Shown here: one piece after another, positions 24,116 through 36,108 of the stretch
Layout of the letters: each line of letters begins with the position of its first letter
How positions within the stretch are numbered: the stretch's first letter is position 1
From: Eledone cirrhosa
Taxonomy: Eukaryota
Direction of reading: 5' to 3'
DNA length: 64,000 nt
Assembly (NCBI GenBank): GCA_964016885.1
Contig: OZ024740.1
Coordinates: 77,748,001-77,812,000 of the forward strand
Translations under genes and position numbers: made by a program
The notes under the pieces: model-generated
Databases searched by the model: none
Told to the model about the DNA's origin: nothing
The model's input: only the letters and a program-made list of their open reading frames with translations

Positions 24116-27100
24116 GAATGCTATGGTTGACGGAGGCTCGGCTCTGTAAGGTATTGTAAATTTTGACCGCTATAACAATTGTAAATTGTTCAAAACTTTA
24201 ACCAACTTGTAGACAAAAACACCCTCCTCCTCGTGAGAGGGGTCTTTCTGCCCGTTATTTAGCCCTTCGGGGTTAAATAACTGCTTATTGGGGTTTTGTG
24301 CCCAATATTTATTTTAAACATTCTTCGCACCGATCTTCGGCGGCTACGATGTGTACGCATCTCCCAGCCGTCCTGGATCGGGGGGAGGAGTTGCTGTGCT
24401 TTTTCGGAGAGGTTTGGATCTCGCCATACGGGCCATCTTCCTGGACCCAGAGGGTAAGTTGGTGGTGCTGGACGTGACCAGCGGAGACGGGCAAGCTTTC
24501 AGGCTAGTGGCCGTCTATGCCCCGACAGGAGCAGGGCGGCCTGATTTCTTCCGGCGTCTGGAGACCTTTGTTGGAACGTCCCGCTCTTTAGTGTTAGTGG
24601 GCGACTGGAACGGGATCTTAGATGCACGCTGGGACTGTGTGGGATTAGCGGATAGGGTGGAGGGTGCAAGAGCCTCACCAACCTGCTCAGGCGTTTTGAA
24701 CTGTCTGACATGTACCGATTGGATTTCCCGAATGTGCCAATGTGGACTTGGACAAATCGCATAGGATCATCCAGATCATATCTAGATAGAGTATTTTGTA
24801 GGGAAATAGATAGGTCTAGCATAGGCTGTCCACAATTCAAGATAGTCAGCTACACGGACCACAAATCCGTGATCTGTGTGCTTGACTTAGATAGGCTTCA
24901 TAGACGAGGACCCGGCTACTGGAAGCTAAACGCGTCCTTACCAGCGCGCAAGGCCTACAGAGACCGGATTAGCGAACTAGTTAAGCGGGCGTTGACGGGG
25001 GCCATCGTCAACAACAACAAGTGGTGGTTTGCTCTGAAAAGAGCGATTAGAATAGAATTGATTAGGTTTAGTAAGGCTTTAGCAATAGAGAAAAATAGAG
25101 CAGAGGGAGAACTAGTTAGAAAATTAGACGAGGCGCTTAAAAAAGCATTGCGACCGACGTGCTTGCGGCGAAATTGGCACTTGACCAATTCTTCAATGCA
25201 AAGCACAAAGGCTGCGTTGTCAGAGCAAGGATGCGTGCTCTCAGACACGAGGGGACGAAAGCCGTTCAATGGGCCCGAGTGGCGGAGGCGCGTCGTGGCA
25301 ACAAAGCCACAATCCGGTCTTTGGTGGACCACGACGGGCGCATGCTACTCGATCCCGGGCAAATGTGTGAAGCTTTTCAGCGACACTTCGCTCAGCTGTT
25401 CGGGGGCAGCGGTGGGCCGGGTCGAGGGATGGACTTTAGTGTCTACCTCGACGGACTGCCGCGGCTCTCGGCCACTGAGGCGAAGTGTTGCGAAAAGCCG
25501 ATAACAGCCGCTGAAGTAAGGGAGTCAATGACTGGCTGCACAAGGGGTAAATCGCCTGGTTTGGATGGTCTGCCCTATGAACTTTACGTACAGATGCCAG
25601 ACTTGTTCGGAGGCCTCTTGGCGGACGTCTACTGCAACTGGCAACAGAACGGGAGAATTCCCAGTTCTGTGAGCCGAGGAGCGGTGGCACTGCTGAGAAA
25701 GGATCCGAACAAGGGGGATAACATAGATAATTTCCGGCCCATAACTCTCCTAAACACAGAGTTCAAGATTTTGGCCAAGGTGCTAGCAAAGAGGTTGGCG
25801 CTTGTCGTTGGTGGTCTGGTGGGAGAGGCGCAGACATGCGCCATTCCCGACAGATCTATCAACGACAACCTCCACCTCATGCGATACATCGTAGAGAGGG
25901 TAGCTAGGGAACCTGGCACGGGTGGGTCCTTGATCAATTTAGATCAGTCGAAAGCTTTCGATAGGGTCGACCATCGTTACCTAGCGGCAGTCCTGAGGGC
26001 GGCTGGCTTTGGGCCCGTCTTCAGAGGCTGGATCGCTGCCATGAACAGCGACATCTGCTCTGTGGTGAGAGTGAACGGTCACCTGTCGGAACCGTTCAAC
26101 ATCATGCGCTCGGTCCTCCAAGGATGTCCCCTCTGGTTCCTCTTGTACGTATTGACTCTCGAGCCATTAGTGCACGAACTGGAGACGTTGAGGGGGGTCC
26201 CGCGCGAACTAGGATGCGGAAGATCCGTGTCAGCATATGCGGACGATGTCACCGTAGTGGTGTCGAACGCCAAACACATCGAGGCGATCGGCACTACACT
26301 AAGAGAATACGGAGCGGTGACAGGAGCAATGATCAACCAGGAAAAGTCAGTGGGCCTGCAGCTCGGCACCTGGAGAGGCAGGTCTATGCCGTCCAACAGC
26401 GTCGTCGGACGCTGGACGGACGGACCGGTTAAATTGCTAGGGGTCTGGTTCGGTCCGGACCTCCAGACGGACAAAAACTGGGACGAGGTGACGAGCAGGG
26501 TGGCTTCTCTCACCCAGAAATGGGAGGAGAGGAAGCTATCCCTGAAAGGTCGAGCGGAGGTGGCTAACGCGTACATCGCGTCTGTCATCTGCTACCGCCT
26601 GACCGCCGTACCTTGTCCTAAGCCTCGCCTGACTGCGCTGGAGCGTTTGCTCTTTCGCTTTTTGTGGAAGGGACGCGCTCCGATGGTCAGGCGGTCCATC
26701 TGTTGTCAACAGCCGCTACGTGGAGGGCTGGGCATGCCGTGGCTGATGATGCGCAGGCACACGCTCAGGCTACGACATCTCCACCTCTTCCTCGACGGTG
26801 ATCAGGTGTGGTCGCCGTTTGCTAGACACGTATTTGCCCAGCTCGTTTCCTTGACGGAGCTGCAGTCCTGGGTCAAGCGAAGACCGAGAGGGAGCGCCTG
26901 GAGACTGGAATGTCTTCAGGCGCTCACAGCCCTCGACCAATCGGGCAATGTGATCGGTGGAAACTCCACCTCGGCGTTCTATAGAGGATTAGTGGAGGGG
27001 AAGAGCGACGACGTACTTGGGGAAACTCTAGGCGTCGACGAAAATCAACTAGCCAATCTCTTCGGAAGGACTTTCGGGCCGGGCCCTATGGACAACTTCC

Positions 27101-27832
27101 AGAAATCCCTGGCCTGGCAGTGCTACCGGGGAGCTTTGCCAGTTCGGGATAAACTCTACAGGCATGGAGGTGCCGTCAGCTGGGCATGTCCGAGATGCGC
27201 ACAGGGTGACGAAACCGTCCTGCACGCACTCGTCCAGTGTCCGAGCATTGCTGACTTGTGGGTTTATGTCGAACACCTGCTGTCACGTGTAGGACGGATC
27301 CAGCTATCAGCTGAGTCCAACGTGAGGATTGCCCCGCCCTCTTCCTTTAGCCGGGAAGGGCAGGCAGTTTTTATCTGTCTGGTGGCCATGGCGAAAGAGA
27401 TAGTATGGTGGACACGTTTAAAAGGGCTGAAGACGAGCACTTACCTCTTCGGTGATGCCCTGATTAACTTTTTCAAATTTCATTTGAAAAGGAAAATCAG
27501 GGTAGAGAGGGAAGTGCTCTCTTCCCAGCATGTTGTTGAAAGATGGGCGAGAGAAGCAAGTATGGCCTTCTCTGAGTATGTGTCTGTAAATTAAAGGTGG
27601 AAAACTGGGAGAGGGCACTTGCCCTGGTGGTCAGGGTCACTGTGGTCTTTTAATGGGCTTTCTCTACAAATGTCCCTCGGAAGTCTCCCCCCTATTGGGG
27701 AATTTTTCTTTGTTATTTTATTACATTCTCTGTTTTTTTACACGCAGAAATGCCCATTTGTACCGTCCTGTATTGTCCTGTACTGTCCTTAATGTCTACT
27801 TTATGTAAACCCTTGTGGTTAATAAAGAAAAC
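24116..27832 (+). mobile_element. Tx1/L1-clade LINE, decayed copy lacking ORF1
   Basis: Frameshifted ORF2 (24351-24764, 24710-25504, 25159-27594): APE motifs VYAP, GDWN, YTDH; RT motifs KAFDRV, QGCP, YADD; CPRC..H..C; AATAAA then (ATT)n. Confidence 0.88.
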
Positions 27833-28068
27833 ATTATTATTATTATTATTATTGACGAAAGTGGATGTACGTTTTTTGAAGCTCCGTGAGTAAGCAATTT
27901 TTTGAGGATTAATTGTAGAGAATTGTTTATTTTTTGTACCGCTGAAGCATTATAAGACATTAATTTGTATCCTGTGAAGGAATAACTCATAATATTTGGG
28001 CCTTTTGGCCCAAATATTTGAACTTTATTTTGAAAAAAAAAAAATAATAATTTTTTTCTCAAAAAAAC

Positions 28069-29979
28069 ATGGCGGAGCCACGCCCCCTAGAGGCGGGTCT
28101 GCTGTCGTGCAACGGCGACTTGAGCGTTGAGAGGAGAGGTGAGGCGAGGAGCGCCACCAGCACGAATGTGAGCAGCGACAGTGCCAGCACCAACGGGCCG
28201 AGCGGCGCGGAAGGTGGTAACAGCGACAACACCAACACCAACAAGCCGAACAGCGCAGAAGGTGGTAATAGCGAGAGCACCAACAAAACGAACAGCACAG
28301 AGAGTAATAGTAGCGACAGCAGCAGCACCAACAAGGCCAACAGCACAGAAGGTAACCACGACACAGGGGAGAACAACAACAGCAATAGCAGCAGCAACAC
28401 CAACAAGAACAACAACAGTGACAACACCAACAAGAACACTTTCGCTGCTGTGGCAGCGGCTAAAAGGAGACCATGCTACAGCATCGACTTAACCAACAGA
28501 GAGGAAAAGTTGGCCCAGGCCTGGAAAATCATAAATCAAGAGCAGACCTGGGCAAACTTAACTGTGCCGGCAGAAGCCATTGAGGCAGTGGAAAAAAGAA
28601 CGGTGCATTTCTGATGCATCTCAGTAGAGACAAAGAGGGCAGCGATAATCGCCCAAGCTGACATAGAAGCCGCACTGAAATACATCAGAGAGGACACAGA
28701 CTTCATAGAGAGGGGCAGGCAATACGGCACCGTTTCGGTGCTGTTCAAGTCTGAAGCCCTCGCTGTGAAGCATTCAATGACCCCTTGCAAAACCAGCAAG
28801 GTCATAATGTACCCCTCCCACATGGGAAAACGAATAGCACGTGTGCGCATTCCCAGGATTCCACCAGGACTTGATATGTGGTGGCTCCTGGGTTGCGTAA
28901 TCGTGGAAGGAACGGATACAGTCCCGGTAGAGGCAACGAGAACTGCCAGGGACGACTGGTCCGGGGTTGATCTGGAGATACTGCTCCAAATCAGACCCGA
29001 AAACGTAAAAACAATCCCGGACCACATCCGCCTCCAAAACGGGAGGGTGTTGCATATAATGACTGAGGGCAAAAGGCCGCATTGTTTCCTTTGTGGGGAA
29101 ACGACACACTTGCGAGCCTTCTGCCCTCAACTGCCGAAAAGCGCAAGGGGTCGAAAGATTCCACTGCTGGCGACGCCGGGACAAGGACCACCAGCAACAC
29201 CGTCAACAATGGAACCACCAAAATTGCACACCCAGGGGGGAAACGAGGAAAGCTCTCCCATTCCCCCTCCCCCCCAAAATACACACACGAACAAGAACAT
29301 AAACACTCACTCAGACACAAACACGCTCACAGCCACAGACCCCTCATCCTCCAGCAGTGAAGATGAGGGAAAACCAAAGTCCCCCAAAATACAAAAAACA
29401 AAACACAAAAAAAAAAGAAATCCACAAAGCACAAACACCCCCACAAAAAAAAATACACACACCACCCACACAAACATTTTCCCCACAGCATCACCAACAC
29501 AACCACCAAAATCCCCCAAACGCAAACAAGCTAAACAGACACAAGAACAAATAGACACACAAACATCAGAAACTACAGACACCCCACCCACAACAAACGC
29601 AGACACAATAGAAACAACACTAACAAAGCTATCACCACCACAATCACACGAACAAATAAAACCCGAGCAACAAAACATTAAAAACTTCGTGCTTGCCAGA
29701 AGGGCCAACAAGGAATTGATGGCCCATGTAGCACGAAGCACAAACATCGAAAAAGACGGGGAAACATTTGAAGCGAGCACATTTCGCGTACCAGATAATT
29801 TGCTTCTGATGCGAATGTCGCTCGCTTCATACAAAGAAATTCGAAAGAGCTTTCCTCGGGATGTGGGAACCCCGAACGTAAAACCCACGTCAAGACTATT
29901 AAAGGGGTTCCCAAAAGAAACCCCACAAACCATGGAGGTCGAACCACCCGACCTTCACAAGACCCCGGAAGGTAAGTAA
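28069..29979 (+). pseudogene. Tx1 ORF1 (gag-like, CCHC knuckle) interrupted by one in-frame TGA at 28612-28614
   Basis: ORFs 28069-28614 and 28738-29979 are in the same frame with no further stop between them; CFLCGETTHLRAFC knuckle; N/S/T-rich N-terminal repeats. Confidence 0.82.
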
Positions 29980-30008
29980 ACCTTTCCTCTCCCATTCATC
30001 CTGCCAGC

Positions 30009-33000
30009 ATGGCCATAAGAGTAGGAAGTTTAAATGTTCGTGGCCTGGGGTCGCCCTGGAAGCAAGGTCACTTGCTCAACGACCTCAGGTCACTAGGAAT
30101 GGATGTAATTGCCATCAGCGAGACCAGAATTTCCGACACACGCGCACTGGCGCCGATTTTCGACGATTATCAGATCTTTGCATCTGTTAGTCGGCCGGGA
30201 ATGGGAGGTGGAGTGGCTGTGCTGTTTAGGAAATGTCTGGATCTCGAGGTAAGGTCAATCTTCCGGGATCCTGACGGAAAGTTGGTGGTCCTGGACGTGA
30301 GCAATAGCGAAGGTGGTGCCTTTAGACTGGTGGCCGTCTACGCCCCTACTGGGGCCGGTCGGCCGGACTTCTTTAGGCGCCTGGAAAACTTTCTGCTTAC
30401 GTCTCGCCCTTTACTGTTAATAGGGGATTGGAATGGCATCTTAGAAGCACGCTGGAATTGTGTGGGAGTATCTGATAGGAGCGGGGGGTGCAAAAGCCTC
30501 AAGTACCTGATCAGCCAGTTTCAACTGTCTGACAGGTACCGACTAGATTTCCCTAATGCGCCAGTATGGACCTGGACCAATCGCATAGGGTCATCTAGAT
30601 CGTACATAGATAGGATTTTCATTAGGAAAAGAGATAGAAATAGTGTAGGATGTCCACATTTTAAAACGGTTGCCTATTCAGATCACAAGCTTGTGATCTG
30701 TATGGTCGACCTAGATAAGACACGTAGGTTAGGACCTAGCTACTGGAAGCTAAACATGTCGTTTCCGGCACGTAAAGCTTACAGGGACCGGGTCAACAAC
30801 TTAGTTAAGCAAAAGTTGACAGGGGGGGTTGTCAACAACAGGTGGTGGGGGGCACTCAAAAGAGAGATTAGAGCAACCTCGATAGGATTTAGCAAAGAAG
30901 TAGCAATAGAGAAAAATAGAAAGGAGGAGGGGCTGATAGCTAAGTTAGACGAGGCTATTTGTAGTGGCATTGCAACAGACGTGCTAGCGGCGAGAATGGC
31001 ACTAGACCATTTCTTCAATGCGAAACACGAAGGTTGCATTGTCAGAGCTAAGGCGCGTGCTCTGAGGAACGAGGGAACCAAAGCTGCCCGATGGGCTCGC
31101 TTTGCAGAGACGCAGCGTGGAAATAAAACCACAATTCGGTCTTTGACGGATCGAGATGGACACGAACTGAGCGATTCCAAGCAGATGTGTGAGGCCTTTC
31201 GCCAGCACTTTGCTCGATTGTTCGGGAGGATGGGTGAGTCGGAGACGGCGGCGGACTTCAGTCCCTACCTCGACGGCTTGCCACGCCTCTCGACGGCCGA
31301 CGCTGAGCGCTGCGAAGAGCCGATAACATCAGCCGAAATTCAGGACGCCCTTGTCGGCTGCTCGAGTCGCAAGTCACCCGGTTTGGATGGTCTGCCCTAC
31401 GAGCTTTACGTAAATATGCCAGACTTGTTCTCCGATCTCCTCGAAGCGCTCTACTGCAACTGGCAGCAGAACGGGAGCATTCCCAGTTCTGTGAGCCGTG
31501 GCGTAGTGACGCTGATAAGGAAAGACGAGAACAAGAGGGACACACTAGATAATTTCAGGCCCATAACCCTGCTCAACACAGAGTTTAAGATTTTGGCCAA
31601 GGTGTTAGCGAAAAGGTTGGCGCTTGTCGTCAAAGATTTGGTTGGGGAGGCGCAAACTTGCGCAATCCCGACCAGGTCCATACACGACAACCTCCACCTC
31701 ATGCGATACATCATAGAGAGGGTTGGGTGCAAACCTGGCTTCGGTGGGGCTCTGATCAATTTAGATCAATCGAAAGCATTCGATAGGGTCGACCATCGGT
31801 ACTTGGAGGCTGTCCTCGAGGCGGCTGGCTTCGGCCCCGTCTTCAGAAGCTGGATCGCTGCAATGTACAGCGGCATCCGCTCGGTGGTCAAAGTTAATGG
31901 CCACCTCTCGGAACCGTTTCAGATCTCTCGATCGGTCCGTCAAGGGTGCCCTCTCTCCTCACTTCTGTACGTATTGACTCTTGAGCCTCTACTGCGGAAG
32001 CTGGAGTTGTTGCAGGGCATCCCGCTCGAACCGGGACGTAGAAAGGCTGCGTCCGCTTATGCGGACGACATCACCGTGATGGTGTCGGACACCTCGGAAA
32101 TCGAGGTGATCCGCACCCATTTGGAGGAATATGAAAGGTTGACGGGAGCAAAACTTAACCCGGAAAAGTCGGTGGGCTTGCAGCTCGGCACCTGGAGAGG
32201 CAAGTCCATGCCGTCCAACAGCGTCGTTGGGCGCTGGACAGACGGACCGGTAAAGTTGCTCGGGGTTTGGTTCGGACCAGACCTCCAGGTGGATAAGAAT
32301 TGGGACGAGGTGACGAGCAGGATAGCCAACCTCACCCAGAAATGGGCTGAGAGAAAGCTATCACTGAAAGGGAGGGCGGAGGTGGCGAACGCGTACATCG
32401 CGTCCGTCATCTACTACCGCCTGACCGTCGTGCCTTGCCCCCGTCCACGCCTCGCCAATTTGGAACGGCTCCTTTTCAAATTTTTGTGGAGGGGACGGGT
32501 CCCGTTGGTGAGGCGGTCCATCTGCTGCCAGCACCCTCTTCGTGGAGGGCTGGGCATGCCGTGGCTAATGATGCGCAGACATGCGCTGAGGCTGCGACAT
32601 CTCCAGATATTTTGCCTAAACGGTGAACAGGTGTGGTCGCCGTTTGTTAGACGGGCCTTTCCGCAGCTCATCTCTTTGACTGAGCTGCAGTCCTGGGTCA
32701 AGAAGAGACCGAGACTGGGCGACTGGCATCTGGAATGTTGCCAGGCGCTCACTGCACTCTGCAAGGTGGGCAATGCGGTCAGTGGAACTTCCACTCAAGA
32801 TTTCTATAGAGGATTAGTGGAGGGCAAGTGCGATGACGTACTAGGAGAGGCTCTGGGCGTCAACGAAGTAGAACTGACCAGTATGTTCCGGAGGACTTTC
32901 GAGCCGGGGACGATGGATAACTTCCAGAAATCCCTCGCTTGGCAGTGCTACCGGGGGGCGCTGCCGGTTCGGGATAAACTCTACAGGCACGGAAGTGCTG

Positions 33001-33428
33001 TCAGACGAACCTGCCCGAGATGCGCGCAGAGCGACGAAACCGTTCTGCACGCACTCGTCCAGTGTCCGTGCATTGCTGACTTGTGGGGTTATGTCGAACA
33101 GCTATTGTCGCGTGTAGAACGGATCCGGCTATCGTCCGAGTCCATAGTGAAGATTGACCCGCCGCCTTCTTTTGGTCAGGAAGGGCAGGCAATTTTCCTC
33201 TGCCTGGTGGCAGTAGCGAAAGAGGTTGCATGGTGGACCAGGTTGAAAGGACTGAAGACAGACACTTTTCTCTTCGGCCAATCCCTCATCAACTTCTTCA
33301 AGTTTCACTTGGAAAGGAAGGTGAGGGTGGAGAGAGAAGTGCTGCCCCCCAGTACATTTACTGAAAGGTGGGTGAATGTGGCGAGAATGGCCCGCGTGAG
33401 TGGGCCTACTCTGATCATGCGCCTGTAG
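30009..33428 (+). CDS. Tx1/L1 ORF2: APE endonuclease, reverse transcriptase, C-terminal zinc finger (1139 aa, intact)
   Basis: SLNVRGL, SET, GDWN, SYIDRI, SDH; NFRPITLLN, KAFDRV, VRQGCPLS, YADD; CPRC..HALVQC. Confidence 0.95.
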   Translation: MAIRVGSLNVRGLGSPWKQGHLLNDLRSLGMDVIAISETRISDTRALAPIFDDYQIFASVSRPGMGGGVAVLFRKCLDLEVRSIFRDPDGKLVVLDVSNSEGGAFRLVAVYAPTGAGRPDFFRRLENFLLTSRPLLLIGDWNGILEARWNCVGVSDRSGGCKSLKYLISQFQLSDRYRLDFPNAPVWTWTNRIGSSRSYIDRIFIRKRDRNSVGCPHFKTVAYSDHKLVICMVDLDKTRRLGPSYWKLNMSFPARKAYRDRVNNLVKQKLTGGVVNNRWWGALKREIRATSIGFSKEVAIEKNRKEEGLIAKLDEAICSGIATDVLAARMALDHFFNAKHEGCIVRAKARALRNEGTKAARWARFAETQRGNKTTIRSLTDRDGHELSDSKQMCEAFRQHFARLFGRMGESETAADFSPYLDGLPRLSTADAERCEEPITSAEIQDALVGCSSRKSPGLDGLPYELYVNMPDLFSDLLEALYCNWQQNGSIPSSVSRGVVTLIRKDENKRDTLDNFRPITLLNTEFKILAKVLAKRLALVVKDLVGEAQTCAIPTRSIHDNLHLMRYIIERVGCKPGFGGALINLDQSKAFDRVDHRYLEAVLEAAGFGPVFRSWIAAMYSGIRSVVKVNGHLSEPFQISRSVRQGCPLSSLLYVLTLEPLLRKLELLQGIPLEPGRRKAASAYADDITVMVSDTSEIEVIRTHLEEYERLTGAKLNPEKSVGLQLGTWRGKSMPSNSVVGRWTDGPVKLLGVWFGPDLQVDKNWDEVTSRIANLTQKWAERKLSLKGRAEVANAYIASVIYYRLTVVPCPRPRLANLERLLFKFLWRGRVPLVRRSICCQHPLRGGLGMPWLMMRRHALRLRHLQIFCLNGEQVWSPFVRRAFPQLISLTELQSWVKKRPRLGDWHLECCQALTALCKVGNAVSGTSTQDFYRGLVEGKCDDVLGEALGVNEVELTSMFRRTFEPGTMDNFQKSLAWQCYRGALPVRDKLYRHGSAVRRTCPRCAQSDETVLHALVQCPCIADLWGYVEQLLSRVERIRLSSESIVKIDPPPSFGQEGQAIFLCLVAVAKEVAWWTRLKGLKTDTFLFGQSLINFFKFHLERKVRVEREVLPPSTFTERWVNVARMARVSGPTLIMRL

Positions 33429-33841
33429 GCTGGTGAATTCGAGAAGGAGAGGGGTGCCCTTCCCGGGTGCCCTAGGAGCGTCGGGTGGCTCAGGACTGGT
33501 GGGGTGCTTGAGTCAACCCTGGGTGGTGATCCCTCTTATTGGGGAACTTTCATTGTTGTATTTTTATTGTTATTTTGTTTTTGTTTTTTTGTTATTTATA
33601 CTTACTCGATCTCTATGTAAACCCCCACTGTCCCTGTCTATTGTGTTGTCCCCTATATGTCGGCCCTTGTGGCCAATAAATGAAATCATTATTATTATTA
33701 TTATTATTATTATAAAGAACGAGAAATCAGTGTTGCATCATATCAGATTTATTAACAAATGTTTCTCCGTAGATCAGATTCGAGGCTAGATTTGTTACAG
33801 ATCGAACCCGACTCTGCATTCGAAGGATCTTCAGATATGTT

Positions 33842-33880
<39 letters not shown>

Positions 33881-34528
33881 ATATATTTATATGCATATAT
33901 ATATATATATGTGTGTGTGTGTGTATGTATGTGTGTGTAAGAGGGTTAATATGTATGAGGTGTATGCACAATATGTGTGTGTGTAAGTATTTAATGTCTC
34001 AATGAATGAATCAATGGATGCCTTGAACCGTGTGAACAATTGTATGAATGAATGTTTAGCTAGTACACCTACATACAAGTCTGTGTTCAATCATATCTAT
34101 TACAAATATCTCCCAATCTATTTTCCCACAGAGGTCACTTGGGTATCATATCATAGGTGACATTTGAAACAGTAATCTATACATTCACTACACCACCATC
34201 CCCCTGGTCACGTGGGTATACTGATACCGAATCATTTATCATGCATACGCACGTATTCCTTCACATACACATATGTGCGTACACACGCACATACATTCAT
34301 ACATACATATATACATACATACATGAATATATACATACATACATACAAATATACATACATACATACATACATACATACATGCATGCATGAATGTATACAT
34401 ACAAACACGCAAACGTACATACATCCATACAGGCATGCATGGATGTATTCATAGATACACACATACATACATACATACATACATACATACATACATACAT
34501 ACATACATACATACATACATACATACAT

Positions 34529-35135
34529 GGTGGCTGCCAACTCGTTTTCGAGTACGGCCACTACTTTATATCCATGTAGGAGAACCCCTACGGATGCGCT
34601 GAACGAGTGTGACTTTTTAGTCCAGCCAGCGATTTGAAAACTCTGGTACAAACACTACACTTTTGACAATTATTGACACATAGTGCTGGGCCCATGGTAC
34701 CATCTGACGACAAGTGCAGAGAGATCTCCAGATATAAAGCAATGCCTGTGCCGTGAAGCTTTTATAGTGAGCAAAGGCACTGCACAAAGCCAGTCCCACT
34801 CTCTTAAACAAGATGATATGTACCAAAAAGAAGAACAAGTCAACATCATTGGATACCATCAGGGTTGCAGGTGTTATATCAGAGTTTTCCTTCTCCTAGA
34901 ATTCTGCCTTGACAAAGGCTAAGGGGTCATCTCTCCCGGTGATTTTGGATGGCCATTGACTCTTAAGAGCTCCTTTGCCCTTTGACAGGTTTTGTTTTTA
35001 GTCCTGCAGGATGTCCAAAGTCACCCTCCTCACCAAGAAACCTTGGTGGGGTTGCCAGTTTAGTCGCCAACGACCCGACCATGAGACAGGTTGTACTGGG
35101 ATACATGTTACCAGTAGCACCAACTGGTGACCTGA
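34529..35135 (-). mobile_element. Non-autonomous RTE-type retroposon, full length
   Basis: Near-identical end to end to 10325-10931; (ACAT)n on both sides. Confidence 0.85.
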
Positions 35136-35264
35136 CATACATACATACATATATTCATAGGTACATAGGTTAATACGTAGATGCAGAAAAACCAACATAT
35201 ATGTATGTGTGTCTAGTGTCTGTGTATGTGTATGTGTGTGCTGATAAATTTACTAAATCACCAC

Positions 35265-35315
<51 letters not shown>

Positions 35316-35346
35316 CATACATACATATATATATATATACATACAT

Positions 35347-35420
<74 letters not shown>

Positions 35421-35422
<2 letters not shown>

Positions 35423-35859
35423 CGTTTCTGAATTTGTTTAGCAAGATTCTTTATCTGAAAACGTGTGTTGAAACCGATATTGTTATACTTAGGGTGGGTC
35501 ATGTTGCCAATAAGAAACACACGCACCAGTTGTTTCACTTCAATTTCTTATAATAAATTTATAAATTTAGGAATTTGTAAATTTCTGGTTTGTTGGTTGG
35601 TTCCACACAAAAACAAGATGGCGTAGGACAGAACAAAGGAGAGGCACAAAAACAAAGAAAAGAATACCCAGTCACTGAAGAGGTCACAGAATATGCGACG
35701 AAAGAACTTTGACAATATATAAACAATCATCTGGTTGTGACACCAACCAACCAACCAGAAATTTATAAATTCCTAAATTTATAAATTTATTATAATAAAT
35801 TGAAGTGAAAGCAAGTGGTGCGTGTGTTTCTTATTGGCAACATGACCCTCCCAAAGTAT

Positions 35860-35864
<5 letters not shown>
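35421..35864 (+). mobile_element. Short Penelope-like (Naiad-type family B) insertion: inverted pLTR + pLTR
   Basis: 35421-35603 is the inverted terminus and 35604-35864 the direct pLTR; both ends match those of the 50490-53483 element; (TA)n on both sides. Confidence 0.85.
35671..35713 (+). ncRNA. Minimal type I hammerhead ribozyme motif (pLTR family B)
   Basis: GTCA-CTGAAGA-G-GTCACA..TGCGAC-GAAA-GAAC-TT-TGAC. Confidence 0.65.
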
Positions 35865-35905
<41 letters not shown>

Positions 35906-36108
35906 CGGCGATGAATTAGTTTTGCGAGGTTTTTTATATGAAATCGTGTGTCGAAACAAATATTGTTATACTTGGGGAGGGTCATATTTGTGTAATATTG
36001 CCAGAATTAATAACAGAAACGTCTAAGGTCATGGCTGTCTAGGTAGTCAGTGTCGTAGGTAAGTCTAAGTAGGAGGCCCAGTTCGTCTGTGTCGACGTCG
36101 CAGAACTC

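Larger units (their letters stand above)
27854..33688 (+). mobile_element. Full-length Tx1/L1-clade LINE flanked by (ATT)n
   Basis: 5' UTR, ORF1, 29-nt spacer, intact ORF2, 3' UTR with AATAAA and an (ATT)n tail; (ATT)n also immediately upstream. Confidence 0.92.

Noticed and set aside
33850-35450. Many [12 protein letters not shown] and CVCV ORFs here and throughout the window
   Set aside because: Stop-free microsatellite frames, not genes.
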